From NCBI GenBank assembly GCA_964016885.1, contig OZ024742.1:307086001-307150000 (forward strand): a stretch of DNA of 64,000 nt, given 5' to 3'. The stretch's first letter is position 1, and every line of letters begins with the position of its first letter. Positions 37,901 through 52,399 of the stretch are shown piece after piece. The DNA comes from Eledone cirrhosa. Taxonomy: Eukaryota. Under the pieces are notes generated by a model, which was given only the letters and a program-made list of their open reading frames with translations, ran no database searches and was not told the origin of the DNA. The position numbers were made by a program, and so were the translations under genes.

Positions 37901-40900
37901 GGCATGGTGTAAGGAGAGCAGGAAGGAATGGTGTAAGAAGAGCAGGAAGGAATGGTGTAAGGGGAGCAGGAAGGAATGGTGTAAGAAGGAGAGGAAGGAA
38001 TGGTGTAAGGAGAGCAGGAAGGAATGGTGTAAGAAGGGGAGGAAGGAATGGTGTAAGAAGAGCAGGAGGGAATGGTGTAAGAAGGAGAGTAAGGAATGGT
38101 GTAAGAAGGAGAGGAAGGAATGGTGTAAGGAAAGTAGGAAGGAATGGTGTAAGGAGAGCAGGAAGGAATGCTGTAAGAAGGGGAGCAAGAAGGAATGGTG
38201 TAAGAAGGAGAGGAAGGAATGGTGTAAGAAGGAGAGGAAGGTATGGTGTAAGCAGGAGAGGAAGGAATGGTGTAAGTAGAGCAGGAAGGAATGGTGTAAG
38301 GAGAGCAGGAAGGAATGGTGTAAGAAGGGGAGGAAGGTATGGTGTAAGCAGGAGAGGAAGGAATGGTGTAAGTAGAGCAGGAAGGAATGGTGTAAGGAGA
38401 GCAGGAAGGAATGGTGTAAGAAGGGGAGGAAGGTATGGTGTAAGCAGGAGAGGAAGGAATGGTGTAAGTAGAGCAGGAAGGAATGGTGTAAGGAGAGCAG
38501 GAAGGAATGGTGTAAGGAGAGCAGGAAGGAATGGTGTAAGAAGGGGAGGAAGGTATGGTGTAAGCAGGAGAGGAAGGAATGGTGTAAGTAGAGCAGGAAG
38601 GAATGGTGTAAGTAGAGCAGGAAGGAATGGTGTAAGGAGAGCAGGAAGGAATGGTGTAAGGAGAGCAGGAAGGAATGGTGTAAGAAGGGGAGGAAGGTAT
38701 GGTGTAAGCAGGAGAGGAAGGAATGGTGTAAGTAGAGCAGGAAGGAATGGTGTAAGGAGAGCAGGAAGGAATGGTGTAAGGAGAGCAGGAAGGAATGGTG
38801 TAAGAAGGAGAGGAAGGAATGGTGTAAGGAGAGCAGGAAGGAATGGTGTTAGAAGGGGAAGAAGGAATGGTGTAAGGAGAGCAGGAAGGAATGGTGTAAG
38901 GAGAGCGGGAAGGAATGGAGTAAGAAGGGGAAGAAGGAATGGTGTAAGAAGGAGAGGAGGAAATGGTGTAAGAAGGGGGGAAGGAATGGTGTAAGAAGGA
39001 GACCAAGGAATGGTGTAAGAAGGAGAGGAAGGAATGGTGTAAGAAGGAGAGGAAGGAATGGTGTAAGGAGAGCAGGAAGGAATGGTGTAAGGAGAGCGGG
39101 AAGGAATGGAGTAAGAAGGGGAAGAAGGAATGGTGTAAGAAGAAGAGGAAGGAATGGTGTAAGAAGTAGATGAAGGAATGGTGTAAGAACGAGAGGAAGG
39201 AAAGGTGTAAGGAGAGCAGGAATGAATGCTGTAAGAAGGGGAGCAGGAAGGAATGGTGTAAGAAGGAGAGGAAGGAATGGTGTAAGGGGAGCAGGAACGA
39301 ATGGTGTAAGTAGAGCAGGAAGGAATGGTGTAAGAAGGAGAGGAAGGAATGGTCTAAGGAGAGCAGGAAGGAATGGTGTAAGAAGGAGAGGAAGGAATGG
39401 TGTAAGAAGGAGAGGAAGGAATGGTGTAAGAAGGGGAGGAAGGAATGGTGTAAGAAGGAGAGGAAGGAATGGTGTAAGGAGAGCAGGAAGGAATGGTGTA
39501 AGGAGAGCAGGAAGGAATGGTGTAAGGGGAGCAGGATGAAATGGTGTAAGAAGGAGAGGAAGGAATGGTGTAAGAAGGAGAGGCAGGAATGGTGTAAGAA
39601 GGAGAGGAAGGAATGGTGTAAGAAGGAGAGGAAGGAATGGTGTGAGAAGGAGAGGAAGGAATGGTGTAAGGGGACCAGGAAGGAATGGTGTAAGAAGGAG
39701 GGGGAGGAATAGTGTAAGGAGAGAAGGAAGGAATGGTGTAAGAAGGGGAGGAAGGAATGGTGTAAGAAGGAGAGGAAGGAATGGTGTAAGAAGGAGAGGA
39801 AGGAATGGTGTAAGAAGGGGAGGAAGGAATGGTGTAAGGAGAGCAGGAAGGAATGGTGTAAGAAGGAGAGGAAGGAATGGTGTGAGAAGGAGAGGAAGGA
39901 ATGGTGTAAGGGGACCAGGAAGGAATGGTGTAAGAAGGAGGGGGAGGAATAGTGTAAGGAGAGAAGGAAGGAATGGTGTAAGAAGGGGAGGAAGGAATGG
40001 TGTAAGAAGGAGAGGGAGGAATGGTGTAAGAAGGAGATGGAGGAACGGTGTAAGGAGAGAAGGAAGGAATGGTGTAAGAAGGAGAGGAAGGAATGGTGTG
40101 AGAAGTTGAGGAAAGAATGGTGTGAGAAGGGGAGGAAGGAATGGTGTAAGGAGAGCAGGAAGGAATGGTGTAAGAAGAAGGGGAAGGAATGGTGTAAGGA
40201 TAGCAGGAAGGAATGGTGTAAGAAGGGGAGGAAGGAATGGTGTAAGAAGGGGAGGAAGGAATGGTGTAAGGAGAGCAGGAAGGAATGGTGTAAGGAGAGC
40301 AGGAAGGAATGGTGTAAGGAGAGCAGAAAGGAATGGTGTAAGAAGGAGAGGGAGGAATGGTGTAAAGAGAGAAGGAAGGAATGGTGTAAGAAGGAGAGTA
40401 AGGAATGGAGTAAGAAGGAGAGGAAGGAATGGTGTAAGGAGAGCAGGAAGGAATGGTGTAAGGAGAGCAGGAAGGAATGGTGTAAGGAGAGCAGGAAGGA
40501 ATGGAGTAAGAAGGGGAAGAAGGAATGGTGTAAGAAGGAGAGGAAGGAATGGTGTAAGAAGTAGATGAAGGAATGGTGTAAGAAGAAGATGAAGGAATGG
40601 TGTAAGGAGAGCAGGAAGGAATGCTGTAAGAAGGGGAGGAAGAAAGGATGTAAGAACGAGAGGAAGGAAAGGTGTAACGAGAGCAGGAATGAATGCTGTA
40701 AGAAGGGGAGCAGAAAGGAATGGTGTAAGAAGGAGAGGAAGGAATGGTGTAAGAAGGAGAGCATAAGGAATGGTGTAAGGAGAGCAGGAAGGAATGGTGT
40801 AAGAAGGGGAGGAAGGTATGGTGTAAGCAGGAGAGGAAGGAATGGTGTAAGTAGAGCAGGAAGGAATGGTGTAAGGAGAGCAGGAAGGAATAGTGTAAGG

Positions 40901-43900
40901 AGAGCAGAAAGGAATGGTGTAAGAAGGAGAGGGAGGAATGGTGTAAAGAGAGAAGGAAGGAATGGTGTAAGAGGGAGAGGACGGCATGGTGTAAGGAGAG
41001 CAGGAAGGAATTGTGTAAGAAGGAGAGGCAGGAATGGTGTAAGGAGAGCAGTAATGAATTGTGTAAGAAGGAGAGGGAGGAATGGTGTAAGAAGGAGAGG
41101 AAGGAATGATGTGAGAAGGAGAGGAATGAATGGTGTAAGAAGGAGAGGAAGGAATGGTCTAAGAAGGAGAGGCAGGAATGGTGTAAGGAGAGCAGTAATG
41201 AATTGTGTAAGAAGGAGAGGGAGGAATGGTGTAAGAAGGAGAGGAAGGAATGATGTGAGAAGGAGAGGAATGAATGGTGTAAGAAGGAGAGGAAGGAATG
41301 GTGTAAGAAGCAGAGGAAGTAATTGTGTAAGGAGAGCAGGAAGGAATGGTGTAAGAAGCAGAGGAAGGAATGGTGTAAGAAGGAGAGGAAGGAATGGTGT
41401 AAGAAGGGGAGGAAGGAATGGTGTAAGGAGAGCAGGAAGGAATGGTGTAAGAAGGAGAGGAAGGAATGGTGTAAGAAGGAGAGGAAGGAATGGTGTAAGG
41501 GGACCAGGAAGGAATGGTGTAAGAAGGAGGGGGAGGAATGGTGTAAGGAGAGAAGGAAGGAATGGTGTAAGAAGGGGAGGAAGGAATGGTGTAAGAAGGA
41601 GAGGGAGGAATGGTGTAAGAAGGAGATGGAGGAATGGTGTAAGGAGAGAAGGAAGGAATGGTGTAAGGAGAGAAGGAAGGAATGGTGTAAGAAGGAGAGG
41701 AAGGAATGGTGTGAGAAGTTGAGGAAAGAATGGTGTGAGAAGGGGAGGAAGGAATGGTGTAAGGAGAGCAGGAAGGAATGGTGTAAGAAGAAGGGGAAGG
41801 AATGGTGTAAGGATAGCAGGAAGGAATGGTGTAAGAAGGGGAGGAAGGAATGGTGTAAGAAGGGGAGGAAGGAATGGTGTAAGGAGAGCAGGAAGGAATG
41901 GTGTAAGGAGAGCAGGAAGGAATGGTGTAAAGAGAGAAGGAAGGAATGGTGTAAGAGGGAGAGGAAGGCATGGTGTAAGAAGGAGAGGAAGGAATGGTGT
42001 AAGAATGAGGGGAAGGAATGGTGTAAGGAGAGCAAGAAGGAATGGTGTAAGAAGGAGAGGAAGGAATGGTGTAAGAAGGAGAGGAAGGAATGGTGTAAGA
42101 ATGAGGGGAAGGAATGGTGTAAGGAGAGCAAGAAGGAATGGTGTAAGGAGAGCAGGAAGGAATGATGTAAGGAGAGCAGGAAGGAATGGTGTAAGAAGGA
42201 GAGGCAGGAATGGTATAAGAAGGAGAGGTGGGAATAGTGTAAGGAGAGCAGGAGGGAATGGTGTAAGAAGAAGAGGGAGGAATGGTGTAAGGAGAGCAGG
42301 AAGGAATGGTGTAAGGAGAGCAGGAAGGAATGGTGTAAGAAGGGGAGGAAGGAATGGTGTAAGGAGAGCAGGAAGGAATGGTGTAAGGAGAGCAGGAAGG
42401 AATGGTGTAAGAAGGGGAGGAAGGAATGGTGTAAGAAGAGCAGGAGGGAATGGTGTAAGAAGGGGAGGAAGGAATGGTGTAAGAAGGAGAGGAAGGAATG
42501 GTGTAAGAAGGGGAGGAAGAAATGATGTAAGAAGGGGAGGAAGGAATGGTGGAAGAAGGGGAGGAAGGAATGGTGTAAGGAGAGCAGGAAGGAATGGTGT
42601 AAGGAGAGTAGAAAGGAATGGTGTAAGAAGGAGAGGAAGGAATGGTGTAAGAAGGAGAGGAAGGAATGGTGTAAGACGGAGAGGAAGGAATTGTGTAAGA
42701 AGGAGGGGAAGGAATGGTGTAAGGAGAGCAGGAAGGAATGGTGTAAGGAGAGCAGGAAGGAATGGTGTAAGGAGAGCAGGAATGAATGGTGTAAGGAGAG
42801 CAGGAAGGAATGGTTTTAAGAAGGGGAGGAAGGAATGGTGTAAGAAGGGGAGGAAGGAATGGTGTAAGGAGGAGAGGAAGGAATGGTGTACGGAGAGCAG
42901 GAAGGAATGGTGTAAGATGGACAGGAAGGAATGGTGTAAGAAGGAGAGGGAGGAATGGTGTAAGGAGAGAAGGAAGGAATGGTGTAAGGAGGAGAGGAAG
43001 GAATGGTGTAAGAAGGAGAGGGAGGAATGGTGTAAGAAGGAGAGGGAGGAATGGTGTAAGGAGAGAAGGAAGGAATGGTGTAAGAAGGGGAGGAAGGAAT
43101 GGGGTAAGAAGGAGAGGGAGGAATGGTGTAAGAAGGAGAGGGAGGAATGGTGTAAGGAGAGAAGGAAGGAATGGTTTAAGAAGGAGAGGAAGGAATGGTG
43201 TGAGAAGGAGAGGAAAGAATGGTGTGAGAAGGGGAGGAATGAATGATGTAAGGAGAGCAGAAAGGAATGGTGTAAGAAGGAGGGGAAGGAATGGTGTAAG
43301 AAGGAGAGGAAGGAATGGTGTAAGAAGGGGAGGAAGGAATGGTGTAAGAAGGAGGGGAAGGAATGGTGTAAAGAGAGCAGGAAGAAATGGTGTAAGAAGG
43401 AGAGGAAGGAATGGTGTACGAAGAGCAGGAAGGAATGGTGTAAGGAGAGCAGGAAGGAATGGTGTAAGGAGAGCAGGAAGGAATGGTGTAAGAAGGAGAG
43501 GAAGGAATGGTGTGAGAAGGAGAGGAAGGAATGGTGTAAGAAGGACAGGAAGGAATGGTGTAAGGAAAGCAGGAAGGAATGGTTTAAGGAGATGGAGGAA
43601 TGGTGTAAGGAGAGCAGGAAGGAATGGTGTAAGAAGGAGAGGAAGGAATGGTGTGAGAAGGAGAGGAAGGAATGGTGTAAGAAGGACAGGAAGGAATGGT
43701 GTAAGGAGAGCAGGAAGGAATGGTGTAAGAAGAAGAGCAGAAAGGAATGGTGTAAGGAGAGCAGGGAGGAATGGTGTAAGAAGGAGAGCAGGAATGAATG
43801 GTGTAAGGAGGGCAGGAAGGAATGGTGTAAGGAGAGCAGGAAGGAATGGTGTAAGGAGGGCAGGAAGGAATGGTGTAAGGAGGGCAGGAAGGAATGGTGT

Positions 43901-46290
43901 AAGGAGAGAAGGAAGAAATGGTGTAAGAAGGAGAGGAAGGAATGGTGTACGAAGAGCAGGAAGGAATGGTGTAAGGAGGGCAGGAAGGAATGGTGTAAGG
44001 AGGGCAGGAAGGAATGGTGTAAGGAGAGAAGGAAGAAATGGTGTAAGAAGGAGAGGAAGGAATGGTGTAAGGAGAGCAGGAAGGAATGGTGTAAGGAGAG
44101 CAGGAAGGAATGGTGTAAGGAGAGCAGGAAGGAATGGTGTAAGAAGGAGAGGAAGGAATGGTGTACGAAGAGCAGGAAGGAATGGTGTAAGGAGAGCAGG
44201 AAGGAATGTTGTAAGGAGAGCAGGAAGGAATGGTGTAAGAAGGAGAGGAAGGAATGGTGTAAGGAGAGCAGGAAGGAATGGTGTAAGAAGGGGAGGAAGG
44301 AATGGTGTAAGGAGAGCAGGAAGGAATGGTGTAAGGTGAGCAGGAAGGAATGGTGTAAGAAGGAGAGGAAGGAATGTTGTAAGGTGAGCAGGAAGGAATG
44401 GTGTAAGAAGGAGAGGAAGGAATGGTGTAAGGAGAGCAGGAAGGAATGGTGTAAGAAGGAGAGGAAGGAATGTTGTAAGGTGAGCAGGAAGGAATGGTGT
44501 AAGAAGGAGAGGAAGGAATGTTGTAAGGAGAGCAGGAAGGAATGGTGTAAGGAGAGCAGAAAGGAATGGTGTAAGGAGAGCAGGAAGAAATGGTGTAAGG
44601 AGAGCAGGAAGGAATGGTTTAAGGAGAGGGAGGAATGGTGTAAGGGGAGCAGGAAGGAATGGTGTAAGGAGAGGAAGGAATGGTGTAAGGAGAGCAGGAA
44701 GGAATGGTGTAAGAAGGGGAGGAAGGAATGGTGTAAGGAGAGCAGGAAGGAATGGTGTAAGAAGGAGGGGAAGGAATGGTGTAAGGAGAGAAGGAAGGAA
44801 TGGTGTAAGAAGGGGAGGAAGGAATGGTGTAAGGAGAGCAGAAAGGAATGGTGTAAGGAGAGCAGGAAGGAATGGTGTAAGAAGGGGAGGAAGGAATGGT
44901 GTAAGAAGGGGAGGAAGGAATGGTGTAAGAAGGGGAGGAAGGAATGGTGTAAGGAGAGCAGGAAGGAATGGTGTAAGAAGGAGAGGAAGGAATGGTGTAA
45001 GAAGGGGGAGAAGGAATGGTGTAAGAAGGGGAGGAAGGAATGGTATAAGGAGAGCAGGAAGGAATGGTGTAAGGAGAGCAGGAAGGAATGGTGTAAGGAG
45101 AGCAGAAAGGAATGGTGTAAGGAGAGCAGGAAGAAATGGTGTAAGGAGAGCAGGAAGGAATGGTTTAAGGAGAGGGAGGAATGGTGTAAGGGGAGCAGGA
45201 AGAAATGGTGTAAGGAGAGCAGGAAGGAATGGTGTAAGGAGAGGAAGGAATGGTGTAAGGAGAGCAGGAAGGAATGGTTTAAGGAGAGGGAGGAATGGTG
45301 TAAGGAGAGCAGGAAGGAATGGTGTAAGGAGAGCAGGAAGGAATGGTGTAAGGAGAGCAGGAAGGAATGGTTTAAGGAGAGGAAGGAATGGTGTAAGGAG
45401 AGCAGGAAGGAATGGTGTAAGGAGAGCAGGAAGGAATGGTGTAAGGAGAGCAGGAAGGAATGGTGTAAGAAGGAGAGGAAGGAATGGTGTAAGAATGAGG
45501 GGAAGGAATGGTGTAAGGAGAGCAGGAAGGAATGGTTTAAGGAGAGGGAGGAATGGTGTAAGGAGAGCAGGAAGGAATGGTTTAAGGAGAGGAAGGAATG
45601 GTGTAAGGAGAGCAGGAAGGAATGGTTTAAGGAGAGGGAGGAATGGTGTAAGGAGAGCAGGAAGGAATGGTTTAAGGAGAGGAAGGAATGGTGTAAGGAG
45701 AGCAGGAAGGAATGGTGTAAGGAGAGCAGGAAGGAATGGTGTAAGGAGAGCAGGAAGGAATGGTGTAAGAATGAGGGGAAGGAATGGTGTAAGGAGAGCA
45801 GGAAGGAATGGTGTAAGGAGAGCAGGAAGGAATGGTGTAAGGAGGAGAGGAAGGAATGGTGTAAGGAGGAGAGCAAGGAATGGTGTAAGGAGAGCAGGAA
45901 GAAATGGTGTAAGGAGAGCAGGAAGGAATGGTGTAAGAAGGAGAGGAAGGAATGGTGTAAGGAGGAGAGGAAGGAATGGTGTAAGGAGAGGGAGGAAGGA
46001 ATGGTGTAAGAAGGAGAGGAAGGAATGGTGTAAGGAGAGCAGGAAGGAATGGTGTAAGGAGAGCAGGAAGGAATGGTGTAAGGAGAGGGAGGAATGGTGT
46101 AAGGAGAGGGAGGAATGGTGTAAGGAGAGGGAGGAATGGTGTAAGGAGAGGGAGGAATGGTGTAAGGAGAGCAGGAAGGAATGGTGTAAGGAGAGCAGGA
46201 AGGAATGGTGTAAGGAGGACAGGAAGGAATGGTGTAAGGAGAGGGAGGAATGGTGTAAGGAGAGCAGGAAGGAATGGTGTAAGGAGGGAA
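31930..46290. repeat. 24-bp satellite array (aggaaggaatggtgtaag + gagagc/aaggag/aagggg), about 600 copies
   Basis: A constant 18-bp core plus a variable 6-bp segment. Some 21-, 23- and 27-bp units occur. Confidence 0.98.
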
Positions 46291-46543
46291 AGAAGAAAGA
46301 CGGGAAAGGAATAGAATATAAAAAATATGTCGATCTGTTTAGTTTCAAAAAAGATTATATTTTTTAACAGCGCCCATTATTATCTTTACTTTTGTCATAT
46401 ATACACACACACACACACATATATATATGTGTGTGTGTGTGTGTGTGAATGTGTGTATGTGTATGTCTATATATATATGTATTTATGTATGTATATATAT
46501 ATATATAAACATATATACATATAAATATATATACATATATATG

Positions 46544-46577
<34 letters not shown>

Positions 46578-46615
46578 CGTGTGTGTGTGCATAAATATGT
46601 ATATATATATATATA

Positions 46616-46709
<94 letters not shown>

Positions 46710-47142
46710 AATGCATACATACACACATACATACATATACACACAGATAGATGCATACATACATACATGCATACATACATACATACATACATACATACAT
46801 ACATACATACATACATACATACATACATACATACATACATACATACATACATACATACATACATACATACATACATACATACAAGTTATTGTGTTTAGAA
46901 TCTTTGCGAAGTTTCACTCTTGTAGTGTTTTGCGTTTTTTTAAATATGTACCTTTTATTATTATAATAATTCCTACCTTATCATCATCATCATCATCATC
47001 ATCACCATCATGATCATCATTACCATCACCACGATCATTATCCCAAAAGCACTAACATTATTTTCTTCTTTTTCTTCTTCTTCTTCTTCTTCTTCTTCTT
47101 CTTCTTCTTCTTCTTCTTCTTCTCATTATTATTGTTATTATC

Positions 47143-47212
<70 letters not shown>

Positions 47213-47655
47213 TTGTTGTTATTATCACCATTATTTTTATTATCATTAAGTTGACGTTGACTGTTACATACAGACAACTTTTTTCTATTTTACTTTATTC
47301 ACTTCTATATATTTATATTATACGTTTTCCTCTAGCTCATTCTTTCTTATTGTGTTGTATTGTAGTATTTTTTTTGTGTACAGATTATTTTGCCTCACCT
47401 TTACACTTCGTTTCTTTCACTTAAATCATAGTTTTTATCATTTTCTGGTGTATTTGGGATTTGTCTCTTGTTTTTATTTATTTGTTTGTTTGTTGGTTTG
47501 TTTTCAAATTTTGTTGTTTTTTATTGAGTTTCTTTAACTGTTTTGTTTTTTTACTTTTGCTTTATCAGTGAACAGTCCGTCATCTTGAATTTTCTTCTTA
47601 CATTTTTTTTGCAGGACATATTATTTTTATACTTATTACATACATATATACATAA

Positions 47656-47711
<56 letters not shown>

Positions 47712-48700
47712 AAGTATATATGTGTTTGTGTGTGAATGTATATATATATATATATGCGTTCATACATACATAGAGTATTTTTTAAATTATTAGATATCTT
47801 TTGAGAGCTTAAACATTTCTTTTTATATATATTATTATTGTTCACAATAATATTGTTTTTTTTATCTTGTTCCCCCCCCCCACCCCCCACCTTTCTTTTG
47901 CATTTCGAATTCTTATGAAGCTTTCGCTAATATTGTTGTTTCTTTTCCTTTTATTTCAATGTTTAGTCGTGTCTCTTCACCTTTTACCTTCACCCACCTC
48001 GACCCCTGTCTTAATATTGAATATATATATTTATTTTCAGCCTCTTTTCTTCCATTTTCTTTTTTATATTCGTTTATCTTTGACTTATCCATCAAGCAAA
48101 ACCAAAACCAAAAGCCTAAATTATGTCCCACACCACGAAATTTCAAGTCACTGCTCTTTATCAACAATTTATATTACCATTGATTTTTTTGTTATTGTTA
48201 TTTCTATAAGAGTTTTGTGTTTTTATTATATTTCCTTCTAGTTTATTTCGGTTGGTGTCTTTGTTTGTTCTTTGACGTCATTTTATAATGGCGGTTTTGT
48301 TTCGTTTAGAGTTTCGTTTTGGTTTGGATAGCTTTGCTTTAGTTTCATTTAGTTTGGTTTCGTTTGGGTGCTGCTATGTTTTTTCCCTTCCTTCACGCCA
48401 TCCACCACACCATTTCTTTTAATCAATAAGTGTCATATTGTTTTTCAATCAAAAATACGTACAATCCTTTTAATATTTCTTTATTATTCTATATAACCGA
48501 CTTCAATAAGAGATGAAACAAAGAAAACTGAAGGTGAATTTTTTTTAACCACCACCACAACCACCACCACCACCACCATCAACAGCAACAACAATAACTA
48601 CAATAACAATAACAACAACAGCAACCACAACAATATCAATAAAAACAACAGCAACCACAAGAATGACAATAACAGTAATAATAATAACTATAACGATGAC

Positions 48701-48731
<31 letters not shown>

Positions 48732-49599
48732 ATGATGCAAATACTTAAATAGTTATAAAAGACACTATGCGCTAAAAATAATAGATTTAAAATGTACAGT
48801 GCTCGGGAAAAACAGTAATCTCAAACACATACTTTTCAAAATAACTCACTTCTATAAGTCAATACGCAGCAACAAAATACAATTTGATAAGATATCTACT
48901 AGAAAAATATTAGAAATATTTTGGATACACATATTCTAAAATTAAGTGAAACGAAAAATAACTGGCTAGAGGTTTACGTAGCGAAAACAATGTTTGATAA
49001 CCAACCTTTCGAAAGCATTACAATATATTACTGGAAGCTTTCTCTAAACAATTTCAGTATCTGGAAAAGTCTTGGCATAGATATCTAAAACTATCAAGTA
49101 ACAGCAATTTTAAATATCTGCGTAAATAATCCTTAGTAAGTATCTAAGATGTCTTCTTAATGCTAGGACAACAATAATCCCCGCCATCCCCCCAGAAAAG
49201 ACCAACAGATGACTCATCTATCATTTGTATGTCAATAACCTATGAGCCATTCTCCAAAATACTATCTTACAATATAACTGAACATTTACAAATATGATAA
49301 AAAAAGCAATGTAATTTCTATAGACAAGAAGATGTATATGATCAAGTCCTACTGTAAAATCAACTATCTTCTTGTTAACAATGGGATATTGGATGATGGC
49401 AAAGTCCCCAACATATACATGCTACGTACTTGGATCGACTACAGAAAACCCTTGATTCAGTTCCACATGGCTGGTTTATTAAAATGTTGGAAGTATTCAA
49501 CTTAACGACACCGAGGTATACTTCATTAAAATAACAATAAAGAAGTGATTTGCTGGTTGTAGATTATGAGTTGGAAATTGGCATTGTTTTTATCTGGCA

Positions 49600-49906
49600 A
49601 GCGGCTCAGCGACTGTATCTGTATCAGTGAGCTGCTCAACATTACAAAACTTAGACCAATTACATCAATTGTCAAGTTAGGAGTACTCAAACTATACGAC
49701 CATATAAAAAGATCAACTCGTGGTGTGAGTAGGTTATGTCTGGAAGGAAGGTTGGCTGGTAAGAGAAGCAGAGGCCGGCAGCCAAAACGATCGCTTGACA
49801 ATGTCAATTTATGGACTGGACTTGATCTTTGCACTTTAAACTCTGCTGCTGGAGATATCACATGTTAATGCGCTGTCTGCAACTGGCGGAGTTTAGTGTC
49901 ACAAGA
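49600..49906 (+). mobile_element. RTE-like LINE 3' end (second copy)
   Basis: The translation LKLYDHIKRSTRGVSRLCLEGRLAGKRSRGRQPKRSLDNV is colinear with 9690-9966. Confidence 0.85.
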
Positions 49907-50730
49907 GAAATAAGTGTTAGATATTTGTTACAGTCACTAACAACACCGTGAATGCAATCTCGAGTATCTCAGGAATATTTAGTCATATTCCACATGGGCT
50001 CGGTTTCTTTTTAAGGTTGTTGCTTTTAAGTAACAAAACCAAATTGAAATAATACATGCGAAGAGGAAGAACAAGCTTTATCCGCTATCTCCTCCTGTAT
50101 GTTGCACATGGTTTCAGCTTCAGAGTCTCCAGGATTACCAGTTAGTTTAGCAAGTACATTTATATATCCTTTGAAATAGGAAATGCAAGTAATTAATAAT
50201 AAAATTAGTCAGACAAACCATTGAAATAAATGAATCAGATATTCAGAGCAGAAAGATAAAGTAGGTGGTGGACAAGCTGGCATCCTACAAATAAATGTTT
50301 GAACATAGATCTGAGTAACAATTTGTTATGTGAAAGATGTCTAAGCGATTATTAAAAGTGAATATTTTGACAGATTCAATATTACAACTTATCTCAGTAG
50401 AAAAAAAATTATCTATACTATCATGCAGAGTCAGCTATAACACATGGTTCTATAGAACAAAAGAAATCTATGAAAATACATCATATATTACACAAGCCTG
50501 GCATTCGAAACTCTACACCTCTAGTAGAGCTGGGCTAGTAAGACAGTATGTATGGTCCCGTAACTCCTGATAAGTCGTAGGGGCGCCATATTGACATACG
50601 GCGTTTCTTGGACATTTTAATCTTGGCGGTGCCCATCCATCTCCAGACCTGAGTACAGCATATTCCTCCAGAGAAAGAGAGAAAGTGAGAGAGGGAAGAA
50701 ATGAGAAATATTAATTAATATAGAGGAAGA

Positions 50731-50888
50731 ATCGACCACAGTATTAGACTGGTACTTTTTTTATCGACATCGAAAGGATGAAAGGCAAAGTTGACCTCGG
50801 CGGGATTTGAACTGAGAGAGCAGAGAGCCGGAACGAATAACATAAAGGATTCTATCCGACGTTCTAATGATTCATCCAATGCGCGGCC
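50731..50888 (-). mobile_element. SINE family B copy
   Basis: Contains actggtac..ttttatcgac..aaggatgaaaggcaaagttgacctcggcgggatttgaact. Confidence 0.85.
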
Positions 50889-51879
50889 TCTTGTAGTAAG
50901 ACAATACTGAATGCCATAAAGCAATATATAAAAGGATAGTCATTAATGTTGCTCACCAACTTTCCAAGTCACAAGAAGACATGTACGAACCCTTGCTGAA
51001 TATGATTGAAAAATTCTGCAGATCGATTATATCTATAGCAAACACATTCTCACGAAGAAATACTTTAGATTTTGAACAGTTAAATTCGAACTTGAACCAG
51101 CGACAGGCAGAAATGAAATTATTAATGAAACAACCTTAAAGGCATGTTTTTCCAATTGACTAATATTTTCGTGAACAGGTTGCCACACATATATGAATAA
51201 ATAAACTATACCTGACATGGATGTGCAAATGCGACAGCAGAAACATCAACATTCATGACAGACGAACAGACCATCTCCAATAGATTTATTGAACGAAACA
51301 TCCACAAACCCTACGATCGATGACAAATGATGCATGTGTGGAATATTTGCTGAGAATAGACATCACAATGTATCAGAAGGTTTCATACGAGCTCCGATAA
51401 TATATCACTCGTGACACTATAACTACAAAATTATTCTAGCCACCAAATTCTTATTGCTTCAGGAAAAACGTATTTGAACCTCCACCTGTTTTAGAAAATA
51501 GCAATATATACCGACAGAGCACAGGATAGCGTATGATAAACATGACATATTACATTACAATAACTTATTAATTATTAATTATCACCATATCAATAGCAAA
51601 TAATTAAATTCAGAGCAGAGATGAAGTGAAATCCTAAGGAATTAAAAACACTGTGGCAATGAATGAACTCCAAAAAATTGTAATACATTGATCTGAAAAT
51701 AATGTTAGAGTATTTTCCCACAGTATTTGTAATTTTCAACGTTCATTAAGCGTGAATATATTTTCTAAGTTTCTACTTAACAAATTTTGTTTAACCTTTA
51801 CATTTTTCTTGACCTTGAATATTTCTTATACACTTGAACATTTCTATGTATGTTTTACATCTCATGTATGTTTTAGAAG

Positions 51880-52192
51880 TACACTCTAAAGTGGTAGTGG
51901 TAGTGTTGGTGCCACGATGGAAAAACACCACATCTTCGCTGTCAGTTTATAGTGTTGGTGCCACGATGGAAAAACACCACATCTTCGCTGTCAGTTTATA
52001 GTGTTGGTGCCACGATAAAAAGCATCCGGTACGGGATGTGATGTGGTTGACGTTATGAAGGGTATTCAATCTTAGAAAGCATGCCAGAATGGAAAGTATA
52101 ACCGAAATGCAATCATCTGGCTTGTCTAGCTTCAGAACTTGGTAACCTGTCTAACCCATGCAAGCATGGACAATAGACGTAAAATGATGGTG
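51880..52192 (+). mobile_element. SINE-like element (family C) with an internal 49-bp tandem repeat and RTE-like tail
   Basis: A 49-bp unit starts at 51901 and 51950, with a partial copy at 51999. The tail aacccatgcaagcatgga..gacgtaaaatgatg resembles recalled octopus SINE 3' ends. Confidence 0.55.
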
Positions 52193-52399
52193 AGGAGGAG
52201 GATGAGGAGGAGGAGGAGGAGAAGGGGGAGGGAGGGGAGGAGGAGGGGGAGTAGGGGGGAAGAAGAAGAAGAAGAAGAAGAAGAAGAAGAAGAAGAAGAA
52301 GAAGAAGAAGAAGAAGAAGAAGAAGAAGAAGAAGAAGAAGAAGAAGAAGAAGAAGAAGAAGAAGAAGAAGAAGAAGAAGAAGAAGAAGAAGAAGAAGAT

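Larger units (their letters stand above)
48880..51750 (+). mobile_element. Old, heavily decayed R4/Dong-like non-LTR retrotransposon, interrupted by RTE and SINE insertions
   Basis: Ordered remnants: WKSLGIDI (about 49062), WIDYRK..DSVPHGWFIKML (about 49432-49490), and EQTISNRFIE..IDDK-C-terminal Zn-knuckle-like sequence (about 51260-51380). Confidence 0.6.

Noticed and set aside
31930-46290. CRISPR-like constant repeat plus variable spacer appearance
   Set aside because: The variable part is only about 6 bp with few recurring states, the context is eukaryotic and there are no cas genes.
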